A stretch of DNA of 63,080 bases, the filler included, from Octopus bimaculoides (taxonomy: Eukaryota): NCBI RefSeq assembly GCF_001194135.2. It is 6 parts of 5 records of this genome, joined end to end, with 100 filler letters (N's around TTAATTAATTAA, not from the genome) between each part and the next. Parts side by side here need not be neighbours in the genome. Positions count along the whole stretch, not along the records: positions 22,095 to 28,527 come from NC_068982.1; positions 28,628 to 52,480 come from NC_068986.1; 4 more parts are not named here. One strand, 5' to 3'. A program made the position numbers and the translations under genes. The notes under the pieces were generated by a model, which was not told the DNA's origin, made no database searches, and saw only the letters and a program-made list of their open reading frames with translations. Below, one piece after another: positions 23,026-35,350 of this stretch; within the stretch, counting starts at the first letter, position 1; the number at the start of each line of letters is the position of its first letter.

Positions 23026-23453
23026 GTTGGCACTCTGTCGCTTACGACGTCGAGGGTTCCAGTTGATCCGATCAACGGAACAGCCTGCTCGTGAAATTAA
23101 CGTGTAAGTGGCTGAGCACTCCACAGACACGTGTACCCTTAACGTAGTTCTCGGGGATATTCAGCGTGACACAATGTGACAAGGCTGACCCTTTGAATTA
23201 CAGGCACAACAGAAACAGGAAGTAAGAGTGAGAGAAAGTTGTGGTGNNNNNNNNNNACAGAAACAGGAAGTAAGAGTGAGAGAAAGTTGTGGTGGAAGAG
23301 TACAGCAGGGTTCGCCACCATCCCCTGCCGGAGCCTCGTGGAGCTTTAGGTGTTTTCGCTCAATAAACACTCACAACGCCCGGTCTGGGAATCGAAACCG
23401 CGATCCTATGACCGCGAGTCCGCTGCCCTAACCACTGGGCCATTGCGCCTCCA
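23026..23453 (-). mobile_element. SINE family C (AGGCGCAATGGCCCAGTGGTTAGGGCAGCGG head); near-identical copy at 45216-45615
   Basis: tRNA-like head with GGTTTCGATTCCC B-box; 3' GTTGATCGGATCAACTGGAACCCTCGACGTCG plus (CAA)n tail. Confidence 0.85.
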
Positions 23454-23457
23454 CTCA

Positions 23458-23489
<32 letters not shown>

Positions 23490-24164
23490 GCAAAGGTATG
23501 TACCATCATAGAGGTCAGCTACCTTGAAGATATAAATACCTCTGAAAATCAAAGAAAAAGAGGATCTCTATGGACAACTGCTTCGAAACCTCCAGTTCCT
23601 CTTTGGGTGAGTGCTAACGTGTTTTCAAGTCAAGTCCTTATATATTATAAATGAAGTTGGAATGTTTCTAGATAATGTTAATATGTTAAAGGCACACGTG
23701 GGGAACAAGGTTACAGTAGTAAAAGGTTGGTTAAATATTTTAATCGTTGCTCAGATAAACACGGTGAGGTGTTGAGAAACTATATATCACCTCGAGTTTA
23801 CAGTTGAGCCTGGAATTGTAAAGAGTGCTACGTTTTGTTTACGTGGGTAAGGTTAAATCACTGTTTAAAATCTTGAGCTCTGGTTACCATTCACCCTTAT
23901 GTACAATGTCACTTCTGCTAAGTAGTTGTCATTGACTATAGACTGAAACACCACTTCCATTGATTAGTTAGGATTGACTTCCGAATGTTGACAGATAGCG
24001 ATCTTTAGGGTCTTTTTTTATAGCGTAGGGTTAGGGTTAGGGTTAAGATATGAGCATGGTTTCCATTAATTTTTCTGCAACAAGTGGGGTTTCATTATAT
24101 ATATATACTACAAGCTGAGATAGCCGGCGTTGCTCGGGATTAAAATGGCATAGTTTTTTTTTAT

Positions 24165-24360
24165 AGTTTTACTCGTTTCCGTCATGTGACTGCGGCCATG
24201 CTAGAGCACCGCCTTTAGTCGAAGAACTAAACATCATGATTTATTCTTTGTAAGCCTAATACTTATTCTATCGGTTGTTTTGCCAAATGGCTAAGTTACG
24301 GGGACGTAAACACAGCAACATCGGTTATCAAGCGATGGTAGGGGTACAAACAGATACACA
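24165..24360 (-). mobile_element. SINE family B 3' part
   Basis: GACTGCGGCCATGCTAGAGCACCGCC...CTAAGTTACGGGGACGTAAACAC. Confidence 0.75.
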
Positions 24361-24397
24361 CACATATATACATATATATATACATATACATATATAT

Positions 24398-24463
<66 letters not shown>

Positions 24464-24666
24464 CAGTTATTGGGATTTCAGTCAATAGATTTGTGGGTAT
24501 TCCATCTCAGATAATGCAAAAAGAACATAACGAGTATTTATGATGGAAAACTCGTGGTATTTATATGCATATCAAGAAATAATACTTGAGGGTACAACCA
24601 GTACAATAACAGGATATAAAATATACTACCTTAATTAGCCCTTATTTAAGTTAAAATTATAATTAT

Positions 24667-24728
24667 ATAGAAACTACACGTGTTTCTGTATTGGAAGAAC
24701 GGAATATATCTAATCATCAGATTTATAA
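24667..24728 (-). ncRNA. Minimal type-I hammerhead ribozyme motif (degenerate stem II)
   Basis: Minus: TTATAAAT-CTGATGA(24720-14)-ttagatatattccgttcttccaataca-GAAAC-ACGT-GTA|GTTTCTAT; palindromic loop III ACGT. Confidence 0.62.
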
Positions 24729-25292
24729 TTCTACCAACACATCTTTAGGTTAATTTCTCAAAATATTGTTCAGCTATTTTAAATCACCATAAAAATTAAG
24801 CGTTAAATTAAAAATTAAAATTAAAAATAAACTTTACAAAATTAAGAATTAAAAATTATAAATTATAAATATAAATTAGCATATATATATCTAACAAAGA
24901 ATATCAAATATAAAATGTCAAATATAAAATTATAAATCATTATGAAGAGGCCTGTGAGTAAATGTAAAAAATAAAGATACATATCTACTTGTGATAGGAT
25001 CAATATGTCATTCAAAACGGCGATTAAAGGAAGTGAATAGAGCAGAGCATTATGGGAATTTATAGGTGATTAGTTCTAAGGGGGGTAATTCCACTGTGCA
25101 TAGTTTAAATTAAATTATCTGCTTCTATTATTATATTCTATCCAACTATGTTGAGGGATATATATAGTTTGTTATAATGTAATATTTTATAATATTTGAT
25201 TAATTAATTTATTTAATTATTTATATAATCTATTCAATTTCTGTAGAAATCAAAAGTGTGTGGTGATGAGATTCGCGAGGGCGGGTGGGGGT

Positions 25293-26299
25293 TCAATATT
25301 TCATTTTATTGAAAGTAAAATTACTTTGGTGTCTATATTTAACTCCTCTTTCTTCGTATGTGTTTAATAATTCGTCTCTAGACCGTAGTAGTTCCATAAA
25401 TTCTGTTATACATAATAAGCACATTTTATTCCCAATATTATAAGAGTGGGCTCTACCTATTATACTCCAACTAAGGGTGTAATCTCTTTTTCTAAATTTC
25501 AATTCCCATATATATTTACTTAAATCTGTGGACTTACTTAAATTGAGATCTTTGAAAGTTTGGCAGTGTTGGGAGATTCTGTTTTTTAATTTCATTAACT
25601 GTAGATCCTATATATACCTTATTTATATATTTTTTTATTATTGTTCTTAGAAATTATTATACATTTATAAATTACATTGTCAATATTACAATTATTAGAG
25701 AGCTTACATTTATTCTTATCATGACATGAACATTCATCTATATGTGGATTATGACTTCCATCACTAGCGGTTATATTATAGCTAGAGCGATTATTTATTG
25801 TGCTGTTATAATAATTATTTAATTTCTTATTATTCATTGAGGAGATGATATCACCTACATTCCTCGATGTTGAGTAGCCTACTCTTATGGTTTTATTGGA
25901 AAATATATTACAATAAATGTTGTCCTTTTTAAAAGACACTTTTACAATTTTTAGTATCTCCTTAATATTATTAGTCACCACATGAGGCCCATATGGAATA
26001 ATTAACCAGATAATATCCTTTTTATATTTTATATTCTTTATATTATAATTATTAGACACTATCGGTATCAAAGTGTTATTCGTAGGTGTATTATATCTCC
26101 GCTTATATAACGTATTATGGTTCTTATTATTGATCATATTCTCATTATGAGTATTACTACTATTATTATTATTGTAATCATTAATAATAAATATATTGTT
26201 TTTACCTTTATTTAGTTTCTTATATTGTCTTTTATTATTATTCACATTTTTGCTGTTAGAATGAGTATTAGGATTACCTGTTGTATTATTAAGAAACAC
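25293..26299 (-). pseudogene. GIY-YIG endonuclease of PLE type, two frameshifts
   Basis: KKDIIWLIIPY...IFSNKTIRVGYSTSRNVGDIISSMNNKKL...CSCHDKNKCKLSNNCNIDNVIYKC / KVYIGST (third frame, about 25600-25620) / RISQHCQTF..TDLSKYIWELK..YTLSWSII.RA.SY..GNKMCLLCITE. Confidence 0.85.
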
Positions 26300-26785
26300 G
26301 TGTAGTTCCTTTCTAATTATAGTTTTAACTCAAGTAAGGGCTAATTAAGGTAGTATATTTCATACCCTGCTATTGTACTGGTTTTATCCTCAAGCATTAT
26401 TTCATGATGTGCATATAAATACCACGAATTTTCCATCATAAATACTCGTTATGTTCTTTTTGCATTGTCTGAAATGGAATACCCACAAATCTATTGACTG
26501 AAATCCCAATAACTGAAATACCATTAATTACTATTATTATATATTTTGTGTATTTCTATATAAATATATAGAAATATATTGTAATCATGACCCCACTGCA
26601 CGATATGCTGATATGGAATACATGGTATATATTCTCCATATTAAAATGCATATAATGTTAAAGGGTGTGTACTTGATCAATTTGGAAATTCATTTTCTCA
26701 CTTTATTCAAACATATGTATGTGTGTGTGTGTGTGTGCGTGTGTGTGTGTGTGTATATATAGAAAAATGTATACTTACATATAAG

Positions 26786-26803
26786 AGACAAGTGTACGTA
26801 CGC

Positions 26804-26881
<78 letters not shown>

Positions 26882-27225
26882 CAGAATGGGACAAGAACGC
26901 AAAACATCAAGGCAGTAAGGTGATACAAGAAAAAGACAAAACATTCCGATAGACGATACAAAGAAAACACGGAGAGGTCATTCGGAGTTTTCTCTCTTCA
27001 GTCGAGATCCAGATTATCTTTGCAATTTCGGCTGGTTATTCTCGATATTGCTCCAATCTGGCCAGCCTCAAAGAAAAACTAAGCTAAGAGCATTAGATTC
27101 CTCGGAAGAAAACAGCGAATGTATACAAAAACAAGGACGGAAAAAAACGAACAATGCTACACAAGCACAGTAGTACAAATACAGTAGGAATAATAACAGG
27201 ACAAAACAGATGTCTTTCGACTAAG
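26786..27225. repeat. Dispersed repeat, second copy at 43509-43875
   Basis: Shared AAGTGTACGTACGCC...AATGGGACAAGAACGCAAAACATC...GATTATCTTTGCAATTTCGGCTGGTTAT...GTCTTTCGACTAAGG. Confidence 0.85.
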
Positions 27226-29214
27226 GAAGAATAAAATTAAGCTGGCGTAGATGGAAATAAGGCCTTACAGCCGGGATACAAGATTTCACAGGCACAGGGA
27301 GGAATAACGATGTTGCATGCTCAACGGCTGCCCAAGACAGCAAGGTCAGGCTTAGCTGAACACCGGTCACGTGGGAAGAGAAGAGAGAGAGGTAGAGGCA
27401 GAGGGACAAAAGAATTAAGGAGGGGCGAGAAAAAATGACAGAGACACAATGAAGGGAAAAGTGACCCCTCGCTCACGTTTCCTTGCCTTCTCTTCTCCCT
27501 TCACTTTTTGAATGAAATCGGTTTGGTAGCTCTCGAGTTTTATTAATGTACACATACATACATACATACATACATACAGAGAAGCATATAGACAGACACA
27601 CATTTTCAGTTTTATATATATAGATTATTTCGATAATACTTTTGTCATAGTAATATTCAATGTTTGTCGTTTGTAAGTGCATATGTTGATCTAAATTACT
27701 TATATATTTATTCTATAATTAAGGGTAATTTGAGTTGTTCCTATGTAACGAATTCGTTCGCCGTTTAATTATAATGAATTATTTTGTCTCTTTGTAGTTA
27801 GGACTAGTTGTTTCTTTTAATTACAGACGTATATATTTGTATACATAGTTTTTTTTTTCAAATCAATTTAATTCTATCCCCCTTTTTTATTTTATTATTT
27901 TGCGTTCAGTTAGCAATTTATTTGGTTAATATATTTTATAGTATTGGATTTGTTTCATAGATATTGATTTAAGCTTGTCCTTTTCTTTGTACATTGTTCG
28001 AAGATGTTGTTTACGAGATGTACTTTCCCACCGACTAGTCTTTCTTGGGCTTGTTTTTGGTGTAATATGTTCGTGATGGGATATTGATTGAGAAACAAAG
28101 TATCTAGTTGTCTATGTTTGTTGTATTGTCTGAATGTCCTTTTTGAATAAGTTCTTTGTTATAAGTACTATTTTGTAGCTATAAGTTATCACTGTTTGTT
28201 TACTCTAATGTTGTTACTTGTACTAATAAGCTGGTGAATTCCCAGGCAGCGTTTATATTCTTAATGCTGTTGACACTGCCGGATCAAATGGTACTGAAAC
28301 CATAGTGAAATCCGTTTGGCAACTGATATATTTGTTATGCTTGATCGTGTATTTCTGATGCTTTATAGTAGAAAGTGTTTGTGGGTTCATAGTTAGTGGG
28401 GATCACTTACATTGATATTGTTTAGTTTTCTTCATAGGTAACCCAGTTAGGTGAAGATAATGCTTAGATATTAGTGTCGAGTTTGGGAAGGTTCTGTGCA
28501 ATATATGTACATATATATATATATATANNNNNNNNNNNNNNNNNNNNNNNNNNNNNNNNNNNNNNNNNNNNTTAATTAATTAANNNNNNNNNNNNNNNNN
28601 NNNNNNNNNNNNNNNNNNNNNNNNNNNTTTCTTCAAATTTATCAGCTTTCAAAACTTGGTTTGAAAACAATAAATTCCCTTTCTTTTTCAAACAAAGTTC
28701 ACAATATTCCTCTGTAGCCCCCAAATCACGACCTGAAGACAACAAACCTTCACAAACTAAGTTCACAATTTTCGGAGGAGTGACACCTCCAAAACACTCT
28801 TCTCACCGCTAAGTGAGACATTAAGCACAACCACAGGCAGACAAATGCGTGGAATTCAGTGGAGATTTCTTGTTCGACATAAATATAAATAAATACGAGC
28901 AACAAACCCCCACTAAATCCCCCAAAACACAAAAGTCCTACCTGTAGTTGTACGTCACCACACAGCCACTGCTGATCGACGTCACACTTTAGAGAGCTCA
29001 CAACTACTGATGTTCATCAAAGACAAGAAGCCTTCTTCACAAAAGAGTCGTTTTGAATTATCCGCAAATGGATGGACCAATTAAATTGACCATTCTAAAT
29101 TCAAAATAATTTTTCAGAATTTTAATAAAAGTATTATTTGATATTTTTTCGTCGTTGTTACCGAGTTGTTTTCCTACATAAATCATGCTCAAAAGACGCC
29201 CCTCTAAGTTTTGA

Positions 29215-29450
29215 TCACAGACTCCTACATCCACGGGGTGATCTCATCCGCGATGCAGTTGAACGAGACCTACTCCCAAGATAACATAAACAGCGAGGTG
29301 GACAGCTGAAAACATGGATTAGTAGGGTTATGTTGGATCTCGAATCCATATTTCGTCCTAGTGAATAGGACGTCCACTGTTGGGAATGCAATTGGATAAC
29401 AATCTCCATAACGGTCGTTTGTAATCACATGGGGTGGTCACATTCTGTTC
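29215..29450 (+). mobile_element. RTE-type LINE 3'-end remnant
   Basis: Plus frame ...RGGQLKTWISRVMLDLESIFRPSE*DVHCW resembles the RTE C-terminal RGGQ.KTW...V..D.E. Confidence 0.5.
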
Positions 29451-29502
29451 ATGATGTTGTTTCACTGGTTAGAACCGGATCAGCAGACAGCTAACAGGTG
29501 TG

Positions 29503-29832
29503 TGAAAGCACGTGGCTTAATGGTTAGAGTATTCGGCTCACGATCGTAAGGTCGAGAATTCAATTCCTGGCGGTGCATTGTCTCCTTGAGCAAGACACTT
29601 TATTTCACGTTGCTCCAGTCCACTCAGCTGGCAAAATGAGTAGTACCTGTAATTCAAAGGGCCAGCCTTGTCACATTCTGTGTCACGCTGAGTCTCCCTG
29701 AGAACTACGTTAAGGGTACACGTGTCTGCGGAGTACTCATCCACTTGCACGTTAATTTCACGAGCAGGCTGTTCAGTTGATCGGATCAACTGGAACCCTC
29801 GTCGTCATAATCGACCGGGTGCCAGTGTTGTG
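29503..29832 (+). mobile_element. SINE sharing the family C 3' end with a different tRNA head; copies at 42582-42875 (+) and 40930-41228 (-)
   Basis: GTGGCTTAATGGTTAGAGTATTCGGCTCAC...TTCAATTCC...CTTGAGCAAGACACTTTATTTCACGTTGCTCCAGTCCACTCAGCTG...GTTGATCGGATCAACTGGAACC. Confidence 0.8.
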
Positions 29833-30980
29833 TTGTGGCCCTTATGTTTCGTATGAATTATTGTGCAATATATTCATAAACAGTTTACATTTTGTCATAT
29901 ATTTCAAAAGTAAAAACAAATTATTTTTGCAACCACCTTTCAGAAATATACTGCGGACCCATACAAGGGGAGCTGCTATTCTATATTACAAAATGATTTC
30001 ACAGAAAAAAGAATTGATTTACCCGTTCTCATTATATGACTATAAATTAGTTTACCAACCATTAATTGGAGGTATGCAGGTGGTCGAAAATTATACTTGA
30101 ACTCAAACCATAATGGTCTGAACAAGATTCTATAAAAGTAGAATATGACAAAATCTGGAATCCGAGTGAATTGGTGATGGTCTAACTACGTTGGTAGCAA
30201 ATGATTCATGAAAGAATTTAAATGAGGGGGATTGGGTGGAAGAAGTTTTGAAACTTCGTTTGATAGTGAGAGAGAGAGAGGATGAAGGCAGGAGATGGTT
30301 TTATTGCTGTGCTTGATAGCAAGTAAATGATAACAGAATTACAGGAAAGGAGTCATGTGAGGAGGTTGTAGGAAATGAGGAGGGAAGGCCAAAAAAAAAA
30401 ACAAAAACAAAAAGGTGGAGTGAGGTTAACGATTGTGTGAGAGGAAACTATTAGCTAAGAGAAGAAATCCAATGTTTCAAGTGAGACAGAAAGAGGTGGC
30501 GCTCAAGTGGGGAGTCGAAGGGGCTGAAAAACGATGGAAACAAAAGAAAAACCACACCCAGAAAATTATTTAGAAATTTTAAAATAAAATGAAACGAAAC
30601 ATATAATTCGTAAGTTTTATAGGCGTGAGAGAAGACCCGAGAGACGTAGTGAGGGCTGAACGAAAAGAGGGGAAGTTAAGAATTTGAGAGGAATTGTATG
30701 GTAGAAAAAGTAGAAGCATCAGCAAAACAACAGACATATTTACAACTATAAAAGTTTCAAGAAAATCTTTGAGAATGACTGAAATTTCTACCAAGAGTAG
30801 TAAACACACTTTCATAAATATTTCATTTACAGACACAAACATAAACACAAGACCCCAAAGAGGTATCACTCATATACATGATTGTAATGAGACAATTGGG
30901 CGCTGCTGTTTGGACGCAGGCAATCTGGCACGGCTGACTGTACATTGAACCTGTTTTGGCAACATTACATTTTGGTATTC

Positions 30981-31859
30981 GGATCTTTCTGATTTGGCGG
31001 ACACCATTTGTTTTCTAACGAAACACTTTCAAACTTGGGATACTGGTAGAATGTGTCATATAAAACATCTTTTCCTCTTAGCCTTGCTAAGAAAAGTTTC
31101 TATATTCCAAGTTATTTCATGTTAAAAGTTGTTGTATTTCGGTAATTTCAACCAATCACTGACCTCTATTGAGGTGAAAACAATTACTGTTGTGGTTTGT
31201 CAACAACACGTTCTGGAGGTGTAATGGGATCTTTTCCCTTGAATAAAATTACTGCCGTTGTTTCTCAACAACAGCTATCGGCGGTAGTGTTATTTATGAC
31301 ATCGCTCGTGCGTTTGTACTGGTTTTAGCTTTAGGGTTTTAGGGTTAGGGTTTGGGTTTTAGAGTTAGGGTTAGGGTTAGGGTTTTAGAGTCAGGGTTAG
31401 GGTTTTAGGGTTAGGGATAGGGTTTTAGATAGCTATTATCCAATCAACTGAAACAAGTAGAATAGTGTAATTCAAGCATATTGGCAGTAGCTAATAAACT
31501 TTTCTATTATAGGCACAAGGCCTAGTTTTTGAGGGAAGGAGTAAGTCAATTATATTAATCCCAGTGCATAACTGGTGCTTAATTCAAAAGGATTACCAGG
31601 GACTAACGATATATACACCGCCACAAATTATTGTTGACAAAGAACAGCAGTAACTGTATTCAGCTGAATAGACGTCAGTGATTGGTTGAAATTACCGAAA
31701 TACGACAATTTTTATCATGAAATAACTTCAAATATAAAAATTTTTTCTCTGTTCTATAAGACAAAATATACAAGAATACGAAGTTTTAAAGTGTTTCGGT
31801 AGAATACACACTAAATAAAAACTAAATAAAAAATGGTGTCCGCCAAATCAGAAAGATCC
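30981..31859. mobile_element. Long-TIR non-autonomous element with an internal (TTAGGG)n-like array
   Basis: 29-bp perfect termini GGATCTTTCTGATTTGGCGGACACCATTT / AAATGGTGTCCGCCAAATCAGAAAGATCC with imperfect complementarity extending about 220 bp; telomere-like repeats at 31321-31430. Confidence 0.8.
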
Positions 31860-32218
31860 TGGAATTCGAGGCAAACACACACACACACGCACAAGCGCGC
31901 ACGCGCAGATACATGCACATACAGATACAGAAGAGTGAGACACAAAGAAGGAGAGAGAAAGACATTACAATTAATTAGTTGACCATGATTGACATGAACC
32001 CTACCCTATCATCATGTACATAAAAGGAAATAGACTCATTTACATAAACAGAGAAAGAGCGGGGGAGGGGCGAGAACGATAGAAACATTAAAACGCCTGA
32101 GGCTAAATAAGTCAGCGTCAAATCAGTGATGCTAAATAAGATTTGTACCTTTGTTAGAAAACAATTCCCTCCTCAGAAGATGATTTCGAATACTTAATAA
32201 CAAAAGTGGAATATTTAT

Positions 32219-32705
32219 CTCATCTGTAATACATGTAGTACGGCATTCATTTACTCATCCGTAATACATCTGGTATATTATTCACCTACTTATCTGTAAT
32301 TCATCTTGTATGCCACTCACGTGTAACATATCTAGTATGTCACTCACCTGTAATATAATTAGTATGACATCTCATCTGTAATACATTAATAGAGTGCTGA
32401 TCCCATATTTAATATATCTAGTACAGTACTCGCTGACTCATTTGTAATACATCTAACATGTCACTCACATCATCTGTTAAACATCAAGTGTGGAATTCAT
32501 ATAATCTGTAATACATCGAGTATGGCACTCGCCTAATTTGCAAAACCTTTATTTAATATGATACTCATGTCGTCTGCAAAACATCCAGAGCCGTATTCAT
32601 TTTAGCTATAACACATCCAGTGTGTCACTCATCTCATCTGTAATACAACTGGAACGGGGCTCTGGTAGAGCTCTCATTTACTCATCTGTAATACATCTAG
32701 TATAT
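32219..32705 (+). repeat. Degenerate minisatellite
   Basis: Core CTCATCTGTAATACATCTAGTA repeated many times with variable spacers (about 27-40-bp units). Confidence 0.8.
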
Positions 32706-33511
32706 TACTGACCCACTCTTATGCATCTAGGATGGTTCTCATCTATTCAGCTATGATAAATTTTGCATCTCAGGAACGTCGCCAGACTTTGGTGCCTGGA
32801 GCTGCTTCAGAATATTCTGGGAGGTCACTAATTTGTGTAGAGGGAAGAATTTTGTAAACTGCATTTTCTAAATCTGAAGGTGCACCATCGAATAGTGAGG
32901 GCGGTGGGTGGCAGTGCCGTTCAGTGCACCCGCTCAGCAACGGACATGGCTCATCTGTTTATTTCTAATAAATTTGACATGGCAATTATTGCGTAACATA
33001 AACATCGCCAAAATGAAACATAACGAAAGAAATAACAACAACAATAACAACAACAACAGCCAAAGAAGAACAACAGTGATTTTGTCGAAGAAACGAAGAA
33101 TAACGACAAAATCGGTGAGATTTTCGAAAAAGTACTACGCAAAGAACCACAACAAAGATTGTTCATTTAGATAGTTTCACAGACTCTACAAGAATCTCAG
33201 AACAAAATGTCATTGTGATGTAGGAATATTTTGGTAAGCTATTCTGATGATAAAATGGAATCAATTGTATGATGTCAATAACCTTCAGAACCCTAATTCT
33301 AGCAGGAATTTTAACAACCACCGGGTTAGAAACACATGCTTTTGTACACACTAAACGCAATACATAATAAGCACATACAAACAGACACGCACACACGAAT
33401 TGTAGTAATATAAATATACGCCTGAAACCTTATACAGAAATATAAACATCTGTGTATTATGCATTGTAATTGTATTCTGAATATGTGTTATGTATTATAT
33501 ATACATGCATT

Positions 33512-33567
<56 letters not shown>

Positions 33568-34340
33568 CGCGTGCAGCTCCCGAAAGTAGCTAAGAAATGT
33601 GCAAGTAATTTTGCTATTAAATAATACTTAACAAGCTAAGCTCATTCACCACACGCACGCATATTACTGAGGGCGGTCNNNNNNNNNNNNNNNNNNNNNN
33701 NNNNNNNNNNNNNNNNNNNNNNNNNNNNNNNNNNNNNNNNNNNNNNNNNNNNNNNNNNNNNNNNNNNNNNNNNNNNNNNNNNNNNNNNNNNNNNNNNNNN
33801 NNNNNNNNNNNNNNNNNNNNNNNNNNNNNNNNNNNNNNNNNNNNNNNNNNNNNNNNNNNNNNNNNNNNNNNNNNNNNNNNNNNNNNNNNNNNNNNNNNNN
33901 NNNNNNNNNNNNNNNNNNNNNNNNNNNNNNNNNNNNNNNNNNNNNNNNNNNNNNNNNNNNNNNNNNNNNNNNNNNNNNNNNNNNNNNNNNNNNNNNNNNN
34001 NNNNNNNNNNNNNNNNNNNNNNNNNNNNNNNNNNNNNNNNNNNNNNNNNNNNNNNNNNNNNNNNNNNNNNNNNNNNNNNNNNNNNNNNNNNNNNNNNNNN
34101 NNNNNNNNNNNNNNNNNNNNNNNNNNNNNNNNNNNNNNNNNNNNNNNNNNNNNNNNNNNNNNNNNNNNNNNNNNNNNNNNNNNNNNNNNNNNNNNNNNNN
34201 NNNNNNNNNNNNNNNNNNNNNNNNNNNNNNNNNNNNNNNNNNNNNNNNNNNNNNNNNNTGTTGTATTTGGGGATAGTCATGTTGCCAGTTTAGCCAATAA
34301 AAACACACGCACTATATATTTGGTGTTAATTTGCTTCAGC

Positions 34341-34410
34341 TTTATATTACATTAATTGTATTTCGGCCAGAGTTCTTTCGTCACACTTCTGTGACCTCAT
34401 CAGTGGTCCT
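34341..34410 (-). ncRNA. Hammerhead-like motif in the presumed 3' region of the PLE (degenerate stems I and III)
   Basis: Minus: CTGATGA(34403-397)-GGTCA...TGGCC-GAAA-TAC-AATTAAT-GTA-ATATAAAG. Confidence 0.45.
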
Positions 34411-34952
34411 TTGCTTTCTTCTTTCTTATATGTGTGTCCCTCCTTGCTAACGATCAGCCATTTTGTATTTTGTATTCTTAATGTATGTGTCTACGCATGC
34501 GTATGCGTATCCCTCTATGTGTGTCTATGTTTGTCTATGTTTAGTAAATGCATGTGTGTGTGGGGAGTACCTGTATTATCTGTATCCCCTGTTAATACAT
34601 GTTCGTTTAAGTTTGTTTTTATTTATTTGTTCATGTGTTTATATCTATTTTTTTGTGTTGTTTTGTTTGTTTTTTTGTATTTAATTTAATTTTGTTAACA
34701 TATGTAGTTATTTAATTCTATTTGTTTATCTAGTATTGATTCTATTTGTATTAATATTGTTAAATAATTTTATATCATTGTTTGTAAAAATATGTATTTT
34801 TATACTAATTCAATTGATTTTTAATGATAATGTTTGTCGATACCTTTTTTAACACTAAGTTAATTGTATTAAGTTTATCATCTTAGCTTAAACCATGACT
34901 TCGATTAGATTAGGGTTGATTTTTTTCCATTAATACTGTTTAATATTTCCCC

Positions 34953-35036
<84 letters not shown>

Positions 35037-35239
35037 TTATGTTTGACTTTTGTTTTGCATTTGTACAAGTTGGATCCAAGTCTCACCCAGAGACCTCAAG
35101 AGACAACAAGTTAGAAGTTCATGTAGGTGTTATGCCTAGGGTATCATATATTTGGATTTGTACAGTTTTGTTCAAGTGAATGTTTAAGAAACCATAAGAA
35201 AATTATGTGTTTGCTTTAAAATTTGAGATTACATAGACA

Positions 35240-35305
35240 GTATTTTACGTAGGATAGTATTTTACGTAGGATATGTATTTTACGTAGGATAGTATTTTAC
35301 GTAGG

Positions 35306-35307
<2 letters not shown>
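35240..35307 (+). repeat. 17-bp tandem repeat x4 followed by (TAT)n
   Basis: GTATTTTACGTAGGATA units. Confidence 0.9.
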
Positions 35308-35340
<33 letters not shown>

Positions 35341-35350
35341 NNNNNNNNNN

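Larger units (their letters stand above)
24462..26517 (-). mobile_element. Penelope-like element remnant: RT-less GIY-YIG pseudo-ORF bounded by 226-bp inverted repeats
   Basis: IR arms at 24462-24687 and 26292-26517 (roughly 85-90% identical by eye) enclose a GIY-YIG ORF and a hammerhead motif. Confidence 0.8.

Noticed and set aside
23207-23295. Direct duplication ACAGAAACAGGAAGTAAGAGTGAGAGAAAGTTGTGGTG either side of a 10-N gap
   Set aside because: Unmerged contig overlap inside a SINE; the copy at 45.4 kb has it only once.
27900-28500. AT-rich block suspected to be a decayed PLE
   Set aside because: No diagnostic RT or GIY-YIG motif recovered by eye in any frame.
28627-29100. Short minus-strand ORFs (MSSLKCDVDQQW..., MNLVCEGLL...) with a possible donor
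   Set aside because: No recognisable homology or second exon; cannot support a gene call.
32890-33000. GC-rich patch as a promoter of another gene
   Set aside because: No associated exon or ORF identifiable; composition alone is insufficient.
32219-35307. Tandem arrays considered as CRISPR
   Set aside because: Eukaryotic context, degenerate repeats without unique spacers, no cas genes.
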